DNA of 64,000 bases, taken from the NCBI GenBank assembly GCA_965219955.1, contig OZ244799.1, positions 640,001 to 704,000 of the forward strand, written 5' to 3'. The DNA comes from a bacterium. Lineage in GTDB: Bacteria > UBA8248. The translations under genes and the position numbers were made by a program. The notes below the pieces were generated by a model, which worked only from the letters and a program-made list of their open reading frames with translations, made no database searches and was not told the DNA's origin. Positions 49,880 through 61,471 of the stretch are shown piece by piece; positions within the stretch are counted from its first letter, which is position 1; each line of letters opens with the position of its first letter.

Positions 49880-50869
49880 ATGCAGGAAAAAGCGGAAATC
49901 CGTAGCAAATACTGGCTGGCCGTTTTTTTGGTCGCGGCGTATACCATTCCATTCGGTGTTGGTATTTATACGGACAATGTCTTTTTCGATCTTCAGTGGC
50001 TGGCGGACCTGACCACCGTCATCCTGAACGGCATCATGCAGGGCGGTGTGTACGCCATGTTCGCCGTGGGGCTCACGCTCATCTTCGGCGTCATGCGCAT
50101 CATCAACGTGGCGCATGGCGAGCTGGTGATGCTGGGCGCCTACCTGACCTGGATGTTCTTTTTCTATGTGGGAATCGACCCGCTCCTCGCCCTGTTCCTC
50201 ACGCTCCCCATCGCTTTCTGCATCGGGCTCCTCATCCAGAAGCTGCTCTTGAACGCCGTGGTGGGCGGGCCGGAACTGACGCCCTTGCTGATAACCTTCG
50301 GCTTGGGGCTCACGATTATTCATATCGTCGAAGCCATCTTCACCACGGATTACCGCACCATCCCCTATGCGCCCGACGCGTTCCAACTCACCGAGACCAT
50401 CGCGGTGAGCAGGAGCAAGATCATCAGCTTCGTGATGGCCGCCTTTATATCCATCAGCGTCTTTGTTTTTCTGAAACTCCACCGTCTCGGCAAGGCGATA
50501 CGCGCGACGGCGCAAAACGCGGACGTCGCCATGGTCTGCGGCATCAACATTTTCCATATCTACATGATCACCTCGGGACTGGCGGCGGCGCTTGCGGTGG
50601 CGGGCGGCGCGCTCGTGTCGATTCAGTTCGGCTTCAACCCGGAAACGGGCGTCTTGTATACGCTGCAGGCCTTCGCCATCATCGTGCTCGGAGGCAGGGG
50701 CCACTATATCGGTGCGCTCATCGGAGGGGTGATGCTCGCGGTCATCGAGAGCCTCATCTCCTTCATGATCCCCAACGGCACCGCCATGGTGGAAATTGCG
50801 TCCTACGGGATGATGGTTTTCGTGCTGCTTATCAGGCCTCGCGGCCTGATGGGGCCGAAAGAAAACTAG
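49880..50869 (+). CDS. livH: BCAA ABC permease LivH
   Basis: GLTLIFGVMRIINVAHGE and GKAIRATAQN motifs. Confidence 0.9.
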   Translation: MQEKAEIRSKYWLAVFLVAAYTIPFGVGIYTDNVFFDLQWLADLTTVILNGIMQGGVYAMFAVGLTLIFGVMRIINVAHGELVMLGAYLTWMFFFYVGIDPLLALFLTLPIAFCIGLLIQKLLLNAVVGGPELTPLLITFGLGLTIIHIVEAIFTTDYRTIPYAPDAFQLTETIAVSRSKIISFVMAAFISISVFVFLKLHRLGKAIRATAQNADVAMVCGINIFHIYMITSGLAAALAVAGGALVSIQFGFNPETGVLYTLQAFAIIVLGGRGHYIGALIGGVMLAVIESLISFMIPNGTAMVEIASYGMMVFVLLIRPRGLMGPKEN

Positions 50870-50880
50870 GAGAGACCTGA

Positions 50881-51819
50881 ATGGCCCAAAATGAACACCT
50901 CCGCAATTTCGGAATGCTGGCCATACTCATAATCGTCCTGTGCGCGTTGCCGTCGAATATCAATCTGTATCAGCGCTCTGTCATCATGTTCACGATGATG
51001 TACGTCGTTCTCTCCTTGAGCTGGAACATCATCAGCGGCTACACGGGCTACGTGTCGTTCGGCCACGTGATGTTCTACGGCATCGGCGCCTACGCCACGG
51101 GAATTCTTGTGGTGGACTACGGATGGCACTGGATTGCGACCCTTTTCGTAGGCGTGTTCGTATCCTTCGTGGTCTCGTTGATAATCGGGTTTCCGGTTTT
51201 GCGTCTCAAAGGCCCTTATTTCGCCATCGCCATGCTCGGCGCGGCGGAAGGCACGCGCGTGGTGGCCACGGTGTGGGAGGACCTCACCCACGGCGGCGAG
51301 GGAATCGGACTGCCCAACATCGAAAACTCCTTTGAAACGTATTTCGCCATGCTGGTGGTCATGCTGGCCACCATTGTCGTGTCCTATTGGGTGGGGCATT
51401 CGAGGTTCGGGATCCGCCTGAACGCCATACGCGAGGACGAAATCGCCGCGGAGAGCCTGGGCATCAACACCACGTTCTACAAGCTTTCCGCCTTCGCTCT
51501 TTCCGCCATTTTCCCGGCGGCGGCCGGCGGCATTCAGGCGTACAAGGTTCTCTACATCGACCCCGAAACCGAGTTCTTCATCCTCGTCACCATCTACATG
51601 AAGCTCTTCGCCATGTTCGGCGGCAAGGGAACGGTGATCGGGCCCATTCTGGGCACATTCATCTTGTATATCGTTCAGGAAATTACCTGGGTGAAATTCC
51701 CGACGGCTCACCTCATCGCCTTCGGCGTCTTCATCGTCCTCGTGGCCCGGTTCATGCCGCGCGGGCTGATGGGATACGCCATCGACAAGGGCTGGGCGCG
51801 CAAGGGAATGGTTCACTAG
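50881..51819 (+). CDS. livM: BCAA ABC permease LivM
   Basis: GYTGYVSFGH, LRLKGPYFAI and AIREDE.AA motifs. Confidence 0.9.
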   Translation: MAQNEHLRNFGMLAILIIVLCALPSNINLYQRSVIMFTMMYVVLSLSWNIISGYTGYVSFGHVMFYGIGAYATGILVVDYGWHWIATLFVGVFVSFVVSLIIGFPVLRLKGPYFAIAMLGAAEGTRVVATVWEDLTHGGEGIGLPNIENSFETYFAMLVVMLATIVVSYWVGHSRFGIRLNAIREDEIAAESLGINTTFYKLSAFALSAIFPAAAGGIQAYKVLYIDPETEFFILVTIYMKLFAMFGGKGTVIGPILGTFILYIVQEITWVKFPTAHLIAFGVFIVLVARFMPRGLMGYAIDKGWARKGMVH

Positions 51820-51840
51820 GAAACGGAGCAACGCGAGAAA

Positions 51841-52566
51841 ATGGCTGAACCTGAAATCGCTCTCGACATTCAGAACCTGAAAAAGTATTTCGGGGGCATC
51901 AAGGCTGTGGACGGGTGCACCTTCCAGGTGCCCAAGGGTCAGATATCGGGCCTGATCGGACCGAACGGCTCCGGCAAGACCACCACGTTCAACCTGCTCA
52001 CGGGCGTTCTCGAAGCGGACAGCGGCGAGGTGCTCTACAACGGAGAGAACATCGTGGGCTTGAGGCCCTATGAAATTTTCAACAGGGGCATCAGCCGGAC
52101 CTTCCAGATTACGCGCATCTACCGCGAGATGACGGTGTTCGAGAACATGCTCTCCGCATCGAGCATGAAGATACCCGTGCGCGAGGCGCGCGCTCGCGCG
52201 GAGCAGTTGATGGAGTTCGTCACGCTCACGAAACTTCGCGGCGAATATGGCGGAAACCTCTCCTACGGACAGCAGAAACTCCTCGAATTCGCGCGCGCCC
52301 TGATGACGGACCCCGACCTCATCCTCCTCGATGAGCCCGCGGCCGGGGTCAACAGAACCCTGCTCAACAACCTGCTCGACCATATTCACCATCTTCAGGA
52401 AGACCAGGGGAAGACGGTTCTCATCGTGGAGCACGACATGAACGTCATCATGAACCACTGCGAAAAAGTGTTCGTCCTGGACTACGGCGTGAAAATCGCC
52501 GAGGGCCTGCCCGAGGACATTCAGGCGAACGAAGACGTTATCGAAGCATATTTTGGACACAGATAA
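51841..52566 (+). CDS. livG: BCAA ABC ATPase LivG
   Basis: [22 protein letters not shown] and EAYFG motifs. Confidence 0.92.
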   Translation: MAEPEIALDIQNLKKYFGGIKAVDGCTFQVPKGQISGLIGPNGSGKTTTFNLLTGVLEADSGEVLYNGENIVGLRPYEIFNRGISRTFQITRIYREMTVFENMLSASSMKIPVREARARAEQLMEFVTLTKLRGEYGGNLSYGQQKLLEFARALMTDPDLILLDEPAAGVNRTLLNNLLDHIHHLQEDQGKTVLIVEHDMNVIMNHCEKVFVLDYGVKIAEGLPEDIQANEDVIEAYFGHR

Positions 52567-53280
52567 ATGTCACTATTAGAACTCAAGGACATCAATGCGG
52601 GGTACGGCAGAATCCAGATACTCCACGACGTCTCGCTCCACGTGAACGAAAAAGAGGTAGTGGCCGTTATCGGGCCGAACGGCGCGGGAAAATCCACGAC
52701 TTTCAAGATCATCATGGGCTTCATCAACTATCTCGGCGGCGAGATCGAGTTCGACAGCCAGAACATCGTGGGCTTCCGCCCGGATCAGATTCTGGGCCGG
52801 GGGCTGGGCTACGTGCCGCAGGGCCGCATCGTCTTCAATCAGATGACGGTCAAGGAAAACCTGGAGATGGGCGCCTACATCGAGCGCGATCAGAAGAAGA
52901 TCAACGACGCGATGGATTACGTCTTCACGCTCTTCCCGCGCCTCGGCGAGCGGCAGAAGCAGTTGGGCGGCACGATGAGCGGCGGCGAGCAGCAGATGCT
53001 GGCCATGGGCCGCGCCCTGATGACGAGGCCCAAGATGATCATGCTCGACGAGCCGTCCCTGGGCTTGAGCCCCCGATTCGTAACGGAGGTGTTCGAGAAA
53101 ATCGTGAGCCTCGCCAAGGAAGGGCTGACGATCATGCTCGTCGAGCAGAACGCCGCGCGCGCTCTCGAGATTTCGGACCGTGGCTACGTGCTGGAACTCG
53201 GCAGGAACCGCTATGAGGGCGGCGGCCACGAACTCCTGAACAACCAGGAAGTCAAGATGATGTACCTGGGCGGCGGCTAG
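52567..53280 (+). CDS. livF: BCAA ABC ATPase LivF
   Basis: GPNGAGKST, MSGGEQQM, DEPSLGL and YLGG motifs. Confidence 0.92.
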   Translation: MSLLELKDINAGYGRIQILHDVSLHVNEKEVVAVIGPNGAGKSTTFKIIMGFINYLGGEIEFDSQNIVGFRPDQILGRGLGYVPQGRIVFNQMTVKENLEMGAYIERDQKKINDAMDYVFTLFPRLGERQKQLGGTMSGGEQQMLAMGRALMTRPKMIMLDEPSLGLSPRFVTEVFEKIVSLAKEGLTIMLVEQNAARALEISDRGYVLELGRNRYEGGGHELLNNQEVKMMYLGGG

Positions 53281-53399
53281 CGCCCTCTCATCCCCCGGCA
53301 GTCGTATCCTCTCAAAGCCTGAAACGCTCTCCGGCCTTTCTGTCCGGTGAAATCTCTCCACTTCGTTATACCCATGTCGCCCAAACGGCATCCTTCGGG

Positions 53400-54057
53400 A
53401 AGTGTTGAAAAACCCCCTGAAAGGGAAACCCCATAAAGGCACCCCCCCTACCCCCCTTGTCGGGGCTGTTGAAAAAGTCTTCACATCTCCCTCATCCTGA
53501 GTAGCGGCCCCTCGACTCCGCTCGGGACAGGCTCCGCCCCCACCTTCCTCATCCTGAGTAGCCGCCGAAGGCGGCGTATCGAAGGTCAAACGCGATTGAT
53601 GAATGAGTGTTTGCTCTCGCCCGGCGCGAGACGTTCGACTCCCCCCGCCCTTCGATACACCGCCTTCGGCGGCTACTCAGGGTGAGGAAAGAGGTGTTGG
53701 CGGTTTGCGGGGGTCGCAGACGGGCTTTTTCAACGGTCTCTTGTCAGGGGGCAAGAAATACCCCTCGCTTTGCTTGGGATTGACCTTCGCCTCCGCTCGT
53801 CATTCCGGCGAAAGCCGGAATCCATTTTCGCCTTTATCTTTGGCCTTTCGCCCGGACCTCCTCTCTCCCAACCGGGGAAGATACGGGCGCCGCCATATAT
53901 ATCCGCCTCATCCGTTCCGGATTTGGGCGCGCCGCTCTCTCCCGCGAGTCGGAGTCAAATGCGAAAACGAAAGCAAAAATCATAAAATGGATTCCGGCTT
54001 TCGCCGGAATGACGGCGGGAGGGTTTGCGGTTTTCGTAGGGGTCGGACATATATGTC
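53400..54057. repeat. Mosaic REP/MITE cluster
   Basis: GGCTGTTGAAAAA...TTTTTCAACGGTC ends; CCTGAGTAG..TCGAAGG REPs; GTCATTCCGGCGAAAGCCGGAATCCA pair; GTAGGGGTCGGAC REP. Confidence 0.85.
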
Positions 54058-54069
54058 CTATATGGACGC

Positions 54070-54330
54070 CCACGAGAATGCAAGCGGTTTTTGGGGAGGG
54101 TTCGGCGCAAAGCGGTTCGGCTCAGTCGTATATCCGGCCTCTTCGTTGCGGCGCTTTACTCTGGCCGCGGGCCCGTATGGAGATAGGTGGACCGGGTCCA
54201 AATCGACCTGGTGAGCTCGGTGGCTCTGGACACGCATCTGGTTTTCCCGGTCCCGTCTCGATGACCGTTTGCCCTTACCCTTCCTCCGGCCTGCTCACAT
54301 TCCTCCCGGCTCTATCCGTGCGCCCGCCGC
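54070..54330 (-). ncRNA. Probable bridge/seek RNA region
   Basis: 3' non-coding region of an IS1111 element; contains segments matching the target and the element ends. Confidence 0.6.
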
Positions 54331-55356
54331 TCAGGCGAGGGGCGCCGGCTCCCTGTAGACATCCTTGTTCCGCATCAGCGCCCACGCGATGCGCGCCATC
54401 CGGTTCGCCAGCGCCACCGCCACCACCTTCCTCGGCTTGCGCGCCAGCATCCGCGCCAGCCACGGACACGGCGGCTTCCGGCGACGCCCCGCCCAGCGTA
54501 TCTCCGACATCGCGCCCGATATCAACAGACGCCTCACGTCGCGCTGGCCCATCTTCGACATGCCCCCCAGACGGGGCTTGCCCCCCGTGGAGTGCTGCCG
54601 GGGAACCAGACCCAGCCAGGCCGAGAAGTCACGGCCCCGACGGAAGTTCTCCACCGGCGGCGCGAACGCCCGGATCGCCGACGCCGTAATCGGACCAACA
54701 CCCGGGATGCTCATCAGACGCCGCGCCTCCTCGTCCGCGTATGCGCTCGCCCGGAGCCGTCCGGTCAACTCCCGGACCTTCGCATCGAGGCCGCCAATCT
54801 GGGCGAGCAGAATCCCGCCCAACTCGCGGACCTCCTCGGGCAGGCCCGATTCCGCTCCCCGAACCGCCGCCGCCAGCCGTGTGAGGCCCACGGGCCCTTG
54901 CCGCTCGACGACCCCGAACTCCGCCAGGTGGCTGCGCAGCGCGTTGCGCGCCTGCGTGCGCTGACCCACCAGCAAATCCCGCGTGCGGTACTCCATCCCA
55001 CACCCCTGCTGCGCTTCGCTCTTCACCGCCACGAAGCGCATCGTCGCCCGGGTGGCCGCCTCGCAAATGGCCTCCGCATCCGCCGCGTCGTTCTTGTGGC
55101 GCTTCACGTAGGGCTTCACGTAGACCGGCGGCATGAGCCGAACCTCATGGCCGAGCTTGCCGACCTCGCGCCCCCAGTAGTGCGCGCTCGCGCACGCCTC
55201 CATCGCCACCACGCATCGAGGCTGCGACGACAGAAACTCCAGCACCTTCGCCCGCGTCAGCTTCTTGCGGAACGCGACCCGCCCGTCCGCCCACGCGCCG
55301 TGGAGTTGAAAACTGTGTTTCGCCAAGTCGACCCCGATGATGTAGACTCCTCCCAT
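54331..55356 (-). CDS. IS110 family DEDD transposase/recombinase
   Basis: GVDLAK, AMEAC, KNDAADA, WLGLVP..HSTGG and ALANRMAR motifs. Confidence 0.96.
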   Translation of the reverse strand: MGGVYIIGVDLAKHSFQLHGAWADGRVAFRKKLTRAKVLEFLSSQPRCVVAMEACASAHYWGREVGKLGHEVRLMPPVYVKPYVKRHKNDAADAEAICEAATRATMRFVAVKSEAQQGCGMEYRTRDLLVGQRTQARNALRSHLAEFGVVERQGPVGLTRLAAAVRGAESGLPEEVRELGGILLAQIGGLDAKVRELTGRLRASAYADEEARRLMSIPGVGPITASAIRAFAPPVENFRRGRDFSAWLGLVPRQHSTGGKPRLGGMSKMGQRDVRRLLISGAMSEIRWAGRRRKPPCPWLARMLARKPRKVVAVALANRMARIAWALMRNKDVYREPAPLA

Positions 55357-55608
55357 GGTCGTCTCCTTCCGGGCGGTGTGTGACGTCGTCTCGCCACATT
55401 CTAATCCGCCGGAAGGAGGCGTCCACCCCATCGACTGTGTGTTCTCCCGTTTTCCGTGTTCTCGTCCGAGCGATTGGGCGGACACGCAGGTCCGCCCCTA
55501 CATATCGAACCCGATGGAGCAGGGCTTTTTCAACAACCCCCTTTGCGCTAGGCTTGCGCTTCGACTCTATGCTATAAATGCTTGCTCCGCTCGGGAGGGT
55601 TTCGCGAC

Positions 55609-56259
55609 ATGATCCGCGTGAAGATCTGTGGGGTGACGACGGTTCAGGATGCGGAATTCGCCCTGGAAGCAGGCGCTGACGCCCTGGGGCTGAATTTCGT
55701 TCCGGGCACTCCCCGGTGCCTGGAGGTGGCGCAGGCGAAGGAGATTGCCGAGGCGCTGCCGCCGTTCGGGACGCGGGTCGGCGTTTTCGTGAACGAACCC
55801 CCCGAGCATGTGATGGAAATCGCGCATCGCGTCGGTCTGGACGCGGCGCAGCTTCATGGCGATGAAACGCCGGAGGATTGTTGTTGGCTGATTGAACGGG
55901 GCTTGCGCGTGATCCGGGCCTTGCGGGTGAAGGGGCCCGAGACGATAGCGCAGATAGACGCGTTTACCGGTTGCGCGATATTGCTGGACGCCTACGTGAA
56001 GGGCGCGCTCGGAGGCACGGGCGAGACTTTCGATTGGGAATTGGCCCGGCAGGCGGCCGTTGCGAGACCCATCATCCTCTCGGGTGGCCTCAAGCCCGGG
56101 AACGTGGGCGAAGCGGTGAGGAGCGTTCAGCCCTACGGCGTGGATTCGAGCAGCGGGGTAGAGGGCGCGGTTCCGGGCCGAAAAGACCCCGAGCGGACTT
56201 TAAGTTTCATCGAAAACGCGCGCGCGGCGGTATCCGAGTTAGAGGAAATGAAAAGATGA
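55609..56259 (+). CDS. trpF: Phosphoribosylanthranilate isomerase
   Basis: [20 protein letters not shown] and VDSSSGVE motifs. Confidence 0.95.
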   Translation: MIRVKICGVTTVQDAEFALEAGADALGLNFVPGTPRCLEVAQAKEIAEALPPFGTRVGVFVNEPPEHVMEIAHRVGLDAAQLHGDETPEDCCWLIERGLRVIRALRVKGPETIAQIDAFTGCAILLDAYVKGALGGTGETFDWELARQAAVARPIILSGGLKPGNVGEAVRSVQPYGVDSSSGVEGAVPGRKDPERTLSFIENARAAVSELEEMKR

Positions 56260-57473
56260 GCGAAATGGTTTCTAAAGGAAGGTTCGGTCGATTCGGGGGG
56301 CGCTATGTCCCGGAAACCCTCATGCCCGCTCTCGAGGAACTGGAAGTTGCCTACGAGGAGGCCCGCGGCGACCCGGCGTATCATGAAGAACTCGCCTATT
56401 ATCTGAGTGAATTCGTGGGCAGACCCACGCCGCTGTATCTGGCGGAGCGCCTCTCCGATCATCTGGGCGTGCTGCGGGTCTATCTCAAGCGTGAAGACCT
56501 CTGCCACACGGGCGCCCACAAAATAAACAACACGCTCGCCCAGGTTCTTCTGGCCAGGAGGCTGGGGAAAACGCGCATCATCGCGGAGACGGGAGCGGGC
56601 CAGCACGGGGTGGCCACCGCCACGGCGGCGGCGCTCTTTGGTCTCGATTGCGACGTCTACATGGGCGAGGAGGACATCGGGAGGCAATCGCTCAACGTGT
56701 TCCGAATGCGCCTTCTGGGCGCGCGGGTGATCCCGGTCACCTCGGGCAGCAAGACCCTGAAGGACGCCACGAACGAGACGCTGCGCGACTGGACGGCTTC
56801 CGTGCGGACGACCCACTACATCATCGGCTCAGTGGTGGGGCCGCATCCGTTCCCGGAGATGATACGCGATTTCCAGTCCGTCATCGGGCGCGAGGCGCGC
56901 GCGCAGATTCTCGAGGCCGAAGGCCGGCTCCCCGACGCCTGCGTGGCCTGCGTGGGAGGGGGCAGCAATTCCATCGGCCTGTTCCATCCCTTCGTGAATG
57001 ACGAAGACGTCGAACTCATCGGCGTGGAAGCCGGGGGCCGGGGCCTGGACACCGAGGAGCATGGCGCGTCCCTGACCGCCGGCCGCGTGGGCGTTCTGCA
57101 CGGCTGCGAGACGTTTTTGCTCTATGACGATGACGGCCAGATCATCCCCGCCCATTCGGTGTCCGCTGGTCTCGATTACCCCGGCGTGGGGCCCGAGCAC
57201 GCCCATTTGAAGGATTCCGGGCGCGCGCGCTACGTGACGGTCGAAGACCACGACGCGCTCAAGTCGTTTCAGAAGCTCTCCGTGCTGGAGGGTATCATTC
57301 CCGCGTTCGAGAGCGCCCACGCGATTTCCTGGCTGGATCGCCTGGCCGAGGAGACGAGAGAAGCCGGCGGGATGAAGACCGTGGTCCTTTGCCTCTCCGG
57401 ACGGGGGGACAAGGACGTGCATCAGGCGGAGGGCCTTTTGACGGAAATGCTCGATGACGAGGAAGTGCGCTGA
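56256..57473 (+). CDS. trpB: Tryptophan synthase beta chain
   Basis: [23 protein letters not shown] and [10 protein letters not shown] motifs. Confidence 0.97.
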   Translation: MSEMVSKGRFGRFGGRYVPETLMPALEELEVAYEEARGDPAYHEELAYYLSEFVGRPTPLYLAERLSDHLGVLRVYLKREDLCHTGAHKINNTLAQVLLARRLGKTRIIAETGAGQHGVATATAAALFGLDCDVYMGEEDIGRQSLNVFRMRLLGARVIPVTSGSKTLKDATNETLRDWTASVRTTHYIIGSVVGPHPFPEMIRDFQSVIGREARAQILEAEGRLPDACVACVGGGSNSIGLFHPFVNDEDVELIGVEAGGRGLDTEEHGASLTAGRVGVLHGCETFLLYDDDGQIIPAHSVSAGLDYPGVGPEHAHLKDSGRARYVTVEDHDALKSFQKLSVLEGIIPAFESAHAISWLDRLAEETREAGGMKTVVLCLSGRGDKDVHQAEGLLTEMLDDEEVR

Positions 57474-58291
57474 TGAACCATAGACTGGAAGCGTGTTTCG
57501 ACCGTTTGCGTACTGAAGGCCGGGCCGGTCTGTTCCCGTTCGTCACCGCGGGCGACCCGGATCTGGGCTTCACCCGCGAGTTGCTGCCCCTCATGACGGA
57601 GGCGGGAGCGGATGGGTTCGAAATCGGGGTTCCCTTCAGCGATCCCCTGGCGGACGGCCCCACCATCCAGCGATCGAGCATGCGCTCGCTTGCGAAAGGA
57701 ACCCGCCTGAGCGGCGTCCTGGAGATGGTGGGCGAGGTCCGCGCGGATATACCGGATACGCCGCTGGTGCTGATGACGTATTACAACCCCATCATCGCCA
57801 TGGGCCTGTCGGAATTCGTGCGCGGCGCATCGCAGGTGGGGGCCGACGCCGTCATCGTGCCCGACCTGCCGCCCGAAGAAGCGGGCGCCCTCCTCGGGAT
57901 CATGAACGATTACCCGCTCGAGACCGTCTTCATGCTCGCGCCCACGAGCACGCAGGAACGCATCGAACTGGTGAACGACGTGGGCGGCGGCTTCATCTAC
58001 TACGTCGGGCAGATGGGGGTGACCGGCGCGCGCGACGCCCTGGATTCGGATTTGGGCGCCACGCTGGGGCGGATCAACCGGGTGAAGGACCGGCCCGTTC
58101 TCGTGGGGTTCGGCATCAAGACGCCCGAGCAGGCCGCGGAGGTGGCCGGGCACGCCGATGGCGTCATCGTGGGCAGCGCCCTGATAGACGTCATGGAGGC
58201 GGAAGCGTCGCGTGAGGACAAGATGCGCGCGGCCTGCGATTACATCGCCTCTTTGCGGGAAGGCCTCGATCGCTCAAAAACGGTTTCTTGA
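57473..58291 (+). CDS. trpA: Tryptophan synthase alpha chain
   Basis: EIGVPFSDPLADGPTIQ, GVTG and VGFGI motifs. Confidence 0.96.
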   Translation: MNHRLEACFDRLRTEGRAGLFPFVTAGDPDLGFTRELLPLMTEAGADGFEIGVPFSDPLADGPTIQRSSMRSLAKGTRLSGVLEMVGEVRADIPDTPLVLMTYYNPIIAMGLSEFVRGASQVGADAVIVPDLPPEEAGALLGIMNDYPLETVFMLAPTSTQERIELVNDVGGGFIYYVGQMGVTGARDALDSDLGATLGRINRVKDRPVLVGFGIKTPEQAAEVAGHADGVIVGSALIDVMEAEASREDKMRAACDYIASLREGLDRSKTVS

Positions 58292-58346
58292 CATTCAATT
58301 TCAACATGACGCGTAAGAATCTGTAGATTATTTCGAGGGTAATGCC

Positions 58347-59759
58347 ATGTCGAAAAACACGCTCTACGATAAGGTCTGGGATTCCCATACCGTGGCCAGA
58401 CTCGATTCGGGCCAGGACCAGATTTTCATCGGCCTGCACCTCATCCACGAGGTCACCACGCCCCAGGCGTTCGGGATGCTCAAGGAAATCGGCGCCGGCG
58501 TCGCTTTCCCCGACCGCACGATGGGGACGGTGGACCACATCATCCCCACGCTGAGCCAGATAAGGCCCTACGAGGACGAGCAGGCCGAGAAGATGATGGC
58601 CGCCCTGGAGCAGAACGTGGACGAGTTCGGCGTCCGCTTTCTGCACCTGGATTCCGGCAAGCAGGGCATCGTCCACGTCATCGGGCCGGAACTGGGACTC
58701 AGCCAGCCCGGCATGACCATCGCCTGCGGCGACAGCCACACGAGCACGCACGGCGCGATGGGCTCTCTGGGTTTCGGCATCGGCACGACCGAGGTGGGCC
58801 ACGTCCTGGCGACGCAGACCCTGGCGCTGAACCGTCTGAAGGTGAAGCGAATCGAGGTCACGGGCGCTCTCGGCCCGGGCGTGACGCCCAAGGACGTGAC
58901 CTTGCGGGTCATCCACGATCTGGGCATCAAGGGCGGCCTGGGCTTCGCCTATGAGTACGGCGGCGACGTTTTCGACGCCATGTCGATGGAAGGGCGCATG
59001 ACGGTCTGCAACATGAGCATCGAGGGCGGCGCCCGCATCGGCTATGTGAATCCGGACGAGACGACGTTCGAATATCTCGAGGGCCGCGAGTTCAGCCCCG
59101 AGGGAGAAGCCTGGGAGAGGGGCCTCGCGTACTGGCGGGAGATCGCCTCGGGCGATGACGCGGAATATGACGACGTCTACGAGATTGCGGGCGAATCCAT
59201 CGAGCCGATGGTCACCTGGGGCATCAATCCGGGGCATTCGGTCGGGATTTCACAGCCGCTCCCCGATGTGGACAGCTTCGCGGGCGAGGACAGGAAAACG
59301 GCGGAACACGGCTATGATTTCATGGATTTGAAGCCCGGCGAGGCGCTATCGGGCACGAAGGTCGACGTCGCCTTCCTGGGTTCGTGCACGAACTCGAGAA
59401 TCTCAGACCTGCGCGAGGGCGCACGTCTGATGAAGGGCAACAAGGTGCACCCGGGGGTCAGGATGCTGGTGGTGCCCGGCTCCCAGCAGGTGAAGCAGCA
59501 GGCCGAAGAAGAGGGATTGCACGAAATTTTCACCGAAGCGGGTGCGGAGTGGCGCGAAGCGGGATGCTCGATGTGCCTGGGGATGAACCCGGATCAACTC
59601 GTGGGAGCGGAGAGGAGCATTTCCTCCTCGAACCGCAATTTCATCGGGCGTCAGGGCAGCCCGCGCGGAAGAACGCACCTGGGCAGTCCGGCCGTTGTCG
59701 CCTCATCGGCGATTGCGGGCTGCATCGCGGACCCCAGAGAGATGGGAGAATCAGCATGA
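58347..59759 (+). CDS. leuC: 3-isopropylmalate dehydratase large subunit
   Basis: [29 protein letters not shown] and NRNF.GRQG motifs. Confidence 0.96.
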   Translation: MSKNTLYDKVWDSHTVARLDSGQDQIFIGLHLIHEVTTPQAFGMLKEIGAGVAFPDRTMGTVDHIIPTLSQIRPYEDEQAEKMMAALEQNVDEFGVRFLHLDSGKQGIVHVIGPELGLSQPGMTIACGDSHTSTHGAMGSLGFGIGTTEVGHVLATQTLALNRLKVKRIEVTGALGPGVTPKDVTLRVIHDLGIKGGLGFAYEYGGDVFDAMSMEGRMTVCNMSIEGGARIGYVNPDETTFEYLEGREFSPEGEAWERGLAYWREIASGDDAEYDDVYEIAGESIEPMVTWGINPGHSVGISQPLPDVDSFAGEDRKTAEHGYDFMDLKPGEALSGTKVDVAFLGSCTNSRISDLREGARLMKGNKVHPGVRMLVVPGSQQVKQQAEEEGLHEIFTEAGAEWREAGCSMCLGMNPDQLVGAERSISSSNRNFIGRQGSPRGRTHLGSPAVVASSAIAGCIADPREMGESA

Positions 59760-60364
59760 GCGCGAATCGAATCGAAAAAATCGTGGGCAAGGCCATTCCC
59801 ATACCCCGTGACGACATCGATACCGACAGGATCACGCCGGCCCGGTTTCTCAAGTCCATTACCTTCGAGGGCATCGAGAAGGCCCTGTTTTGCGATGAGC
59901 GCGAGAACACGCCCGACCATCCCGTCGACAACCCGGCCCACAAGGGGGCCAACATGATGTTCGTGGGCAAGAACTTCGGTTCGGGCTCCTCGCGCGAGCA
60001 CGCCCCGCAGGCGCTCAAGCGCTTCGGGGTCGAGGTGCTCGTCGGGGTATCGTTCGCCGAGATTTTTGCGGGAAACTGCTTCGCCATCGGCGTGCCGCTC
60101 GGCGTGGCGTCGGCGGATGACGTGAATGAGCTGATCAAGCAGGCGCAGGAAGAGCCGGAGACGCGCTTCACCGTGGACATCAGGAATTCCGCGGTCAGCT
60201 TCGGGGAGCGCGTCATCCCCATCGACATCCAGGAGACGCGCAAAAACGCATTTTTATCCGGCACCTGGGACATGCTCGCCAATTTGCGGGGCAATCTGCC
60301 CCGGGTCGAGGAAGTGGCGCAAAGCCTGCCTTACGTCACGAATTTCGAGAGCGAAGCGGAATAA
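59756..60364 (+). CDS. leuD: 3-isopropylmalate dehydratase small subunit
   Basis: DIDTDRI.PARFL and [11 protein letters not shown] motifs. Confidence 0.95.
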   Translation: MSANRIEKIVGKAIPIPRDDIDTDRITPARFLKSITFEGIEKALFCDERENTPDHPVDNPAHKGANMMFVGKNFGSGSSREHAPQALKRFGVEVLVGVSFAEIFAGNCFAIGVPLGVASADDVNELIKQAQEEPETRFTVDIRNSAVSFGERVIPIDIQETRKNAFLSGTWDMLANLRGNLPRVEEVAQSLPYVTNFESEAE

Positions 60365-60382
60365 GAAAGAGAGGAGTTTTCA

Positions 60383-61471
60383 GTGAGCAGTTACCAGATA
60401 GCCGTATTGCCGGGCGACGGCATCGGCCAGGAGGTGGTGGCGCAGGCGCGCTCCGCACTTGAGGCGGCGGGCGCTCGCTTCGGCGCGGAATTCGGGTTCG
60501 AAGAAGGCCTTTGCGGCGGCGCGGCTTATGACGCGACGGGCGAACCCCTGCCCGAGGAAACCCTCGCCCTCTGCCGCAGGAGCGATGCCGGCCTGTTCGG
60601 CGCCGTGGGAGGTCCCCGGTGGGATGAACTGCCGCGCGACAAACGCCCCGAGCAGGCCATCCTCGGCTTGCGGAAAGAGTTGAACCTCTTCGCCAATCTA
60701 AGGCCCGCCGTCATGTTCGACCCTCTGGTGGAAGCCTCCTCGCTCAAGCCCGAGGTGGTGCGCGGACTCGACATGCTCGTCGTGCGCGAGGGCGTGAGCG
60801 GCATATATTTCGGCCAGCCGAGGGGCATCGAGCGGCTCTCGGCGGATGAGGAAAAAGCGGTCGACACGATGACGTACACCACGGGCGAGATTCGCCAGAT
60901 CGTCCGGCTCGCGTTCGAGTTGGCGTCCGTGCGCGGGAAAAAACTCTGCTCGGTCGACAAGGAGAACGTTCTCGACAACAGCCGCCTTTGGCGCAGGGTC
61001 GCCGCGGACGTGGCCGGGGAATTCCCGGAAGTCGAAACCAGCCACATGTACGTCGACAACGCGGCGATGCAACTGATCCGCGACCCGCTGCAATTCGACG
61101 TCATCGTCACGGGCAACATGTTCGGCGACATCCTGAGCGACTGCGCCTCCATGCTCACGGGCTCCATCGGCATGCTCGCCTCGGCGAACCTGAACGAGAC
61201 CGGCTTCGGCTTGTATGAGCCGGTGCACGGCACGGCGCCCGACATCGCCGGCCAGGACAAGGCGAACCCGATCGCGGCCATCATGTCGGCGGCCATGCTG
61301 TGCCGCTATTCGCTAAAGCGCGTGGACGTGGCCGAAGCCATCGAGGCGGCCGTGGCCGCGGCGCTCGATGAGGGTCTCAGGACGTCCGACATCCACACGC
61401 CCGGCGCTGTGGCTGTGGGTTGCGCCGAGATGGGCGCGCGCATCGCCGCCCTGGCGGGAGGAGCCTCGTGA
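60383..61471 (+). CDS. leuB: 3-isopropylmalate dehydrogenase
   Basis: LPGDGIG, NMFGDILSD and EPVHGTAPDIAG motifs. Confidence 0.96.
   Translation: MSSYQIAVLPGDGIGQEVVAQARSALEAAGARFGAEFGFEEGLCGGAAYDATGEPLPEETLALCRRSDAGLFGAVGGPRWDELPRDKRPEQAILGLRKELNLFANLRPAVMFDPLVEASSLKPEVVRGLDMLVVREGVSGIYFGQPRGIERLSADEEKAVDTMTYTTGEIRQIVRLAFELASVRGKKLCSVDKENVLDNSRLWRRVAADVAGEFPEVETSHMYVDNAAMQLIRDPLQFDVIVTGNMFGDILSDCASMLTGSIGMLASANLNETGFGLYEPVHGTAPDIAGQDKANPIAAIMSAAMLCRYSLKRVDVAEAIEAAVAAALDEGLRTSDIHTPGAVAVGCAEMGARIAALAGGAS

Larger units (their letters stand above)
54058..55431 (-). mobile_element. IS110 family, IS1111-type insertion sequence (about 1374 bp)
   Basis: Subterminal IRs (TGGACGCC / GGCGTCCA); long 3' non-coding end; removing the element restores the palindrome GTCGGACATATATGTCCGAC. 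Confidence 0.9.

Noticed and set aside
53603-54214. ORFs across REP clusters (also 26124-26948 and 31239-31756)
   Set aside because: Translations of palindromic repeats (VIPAKAGIH, MDSGFRRND)
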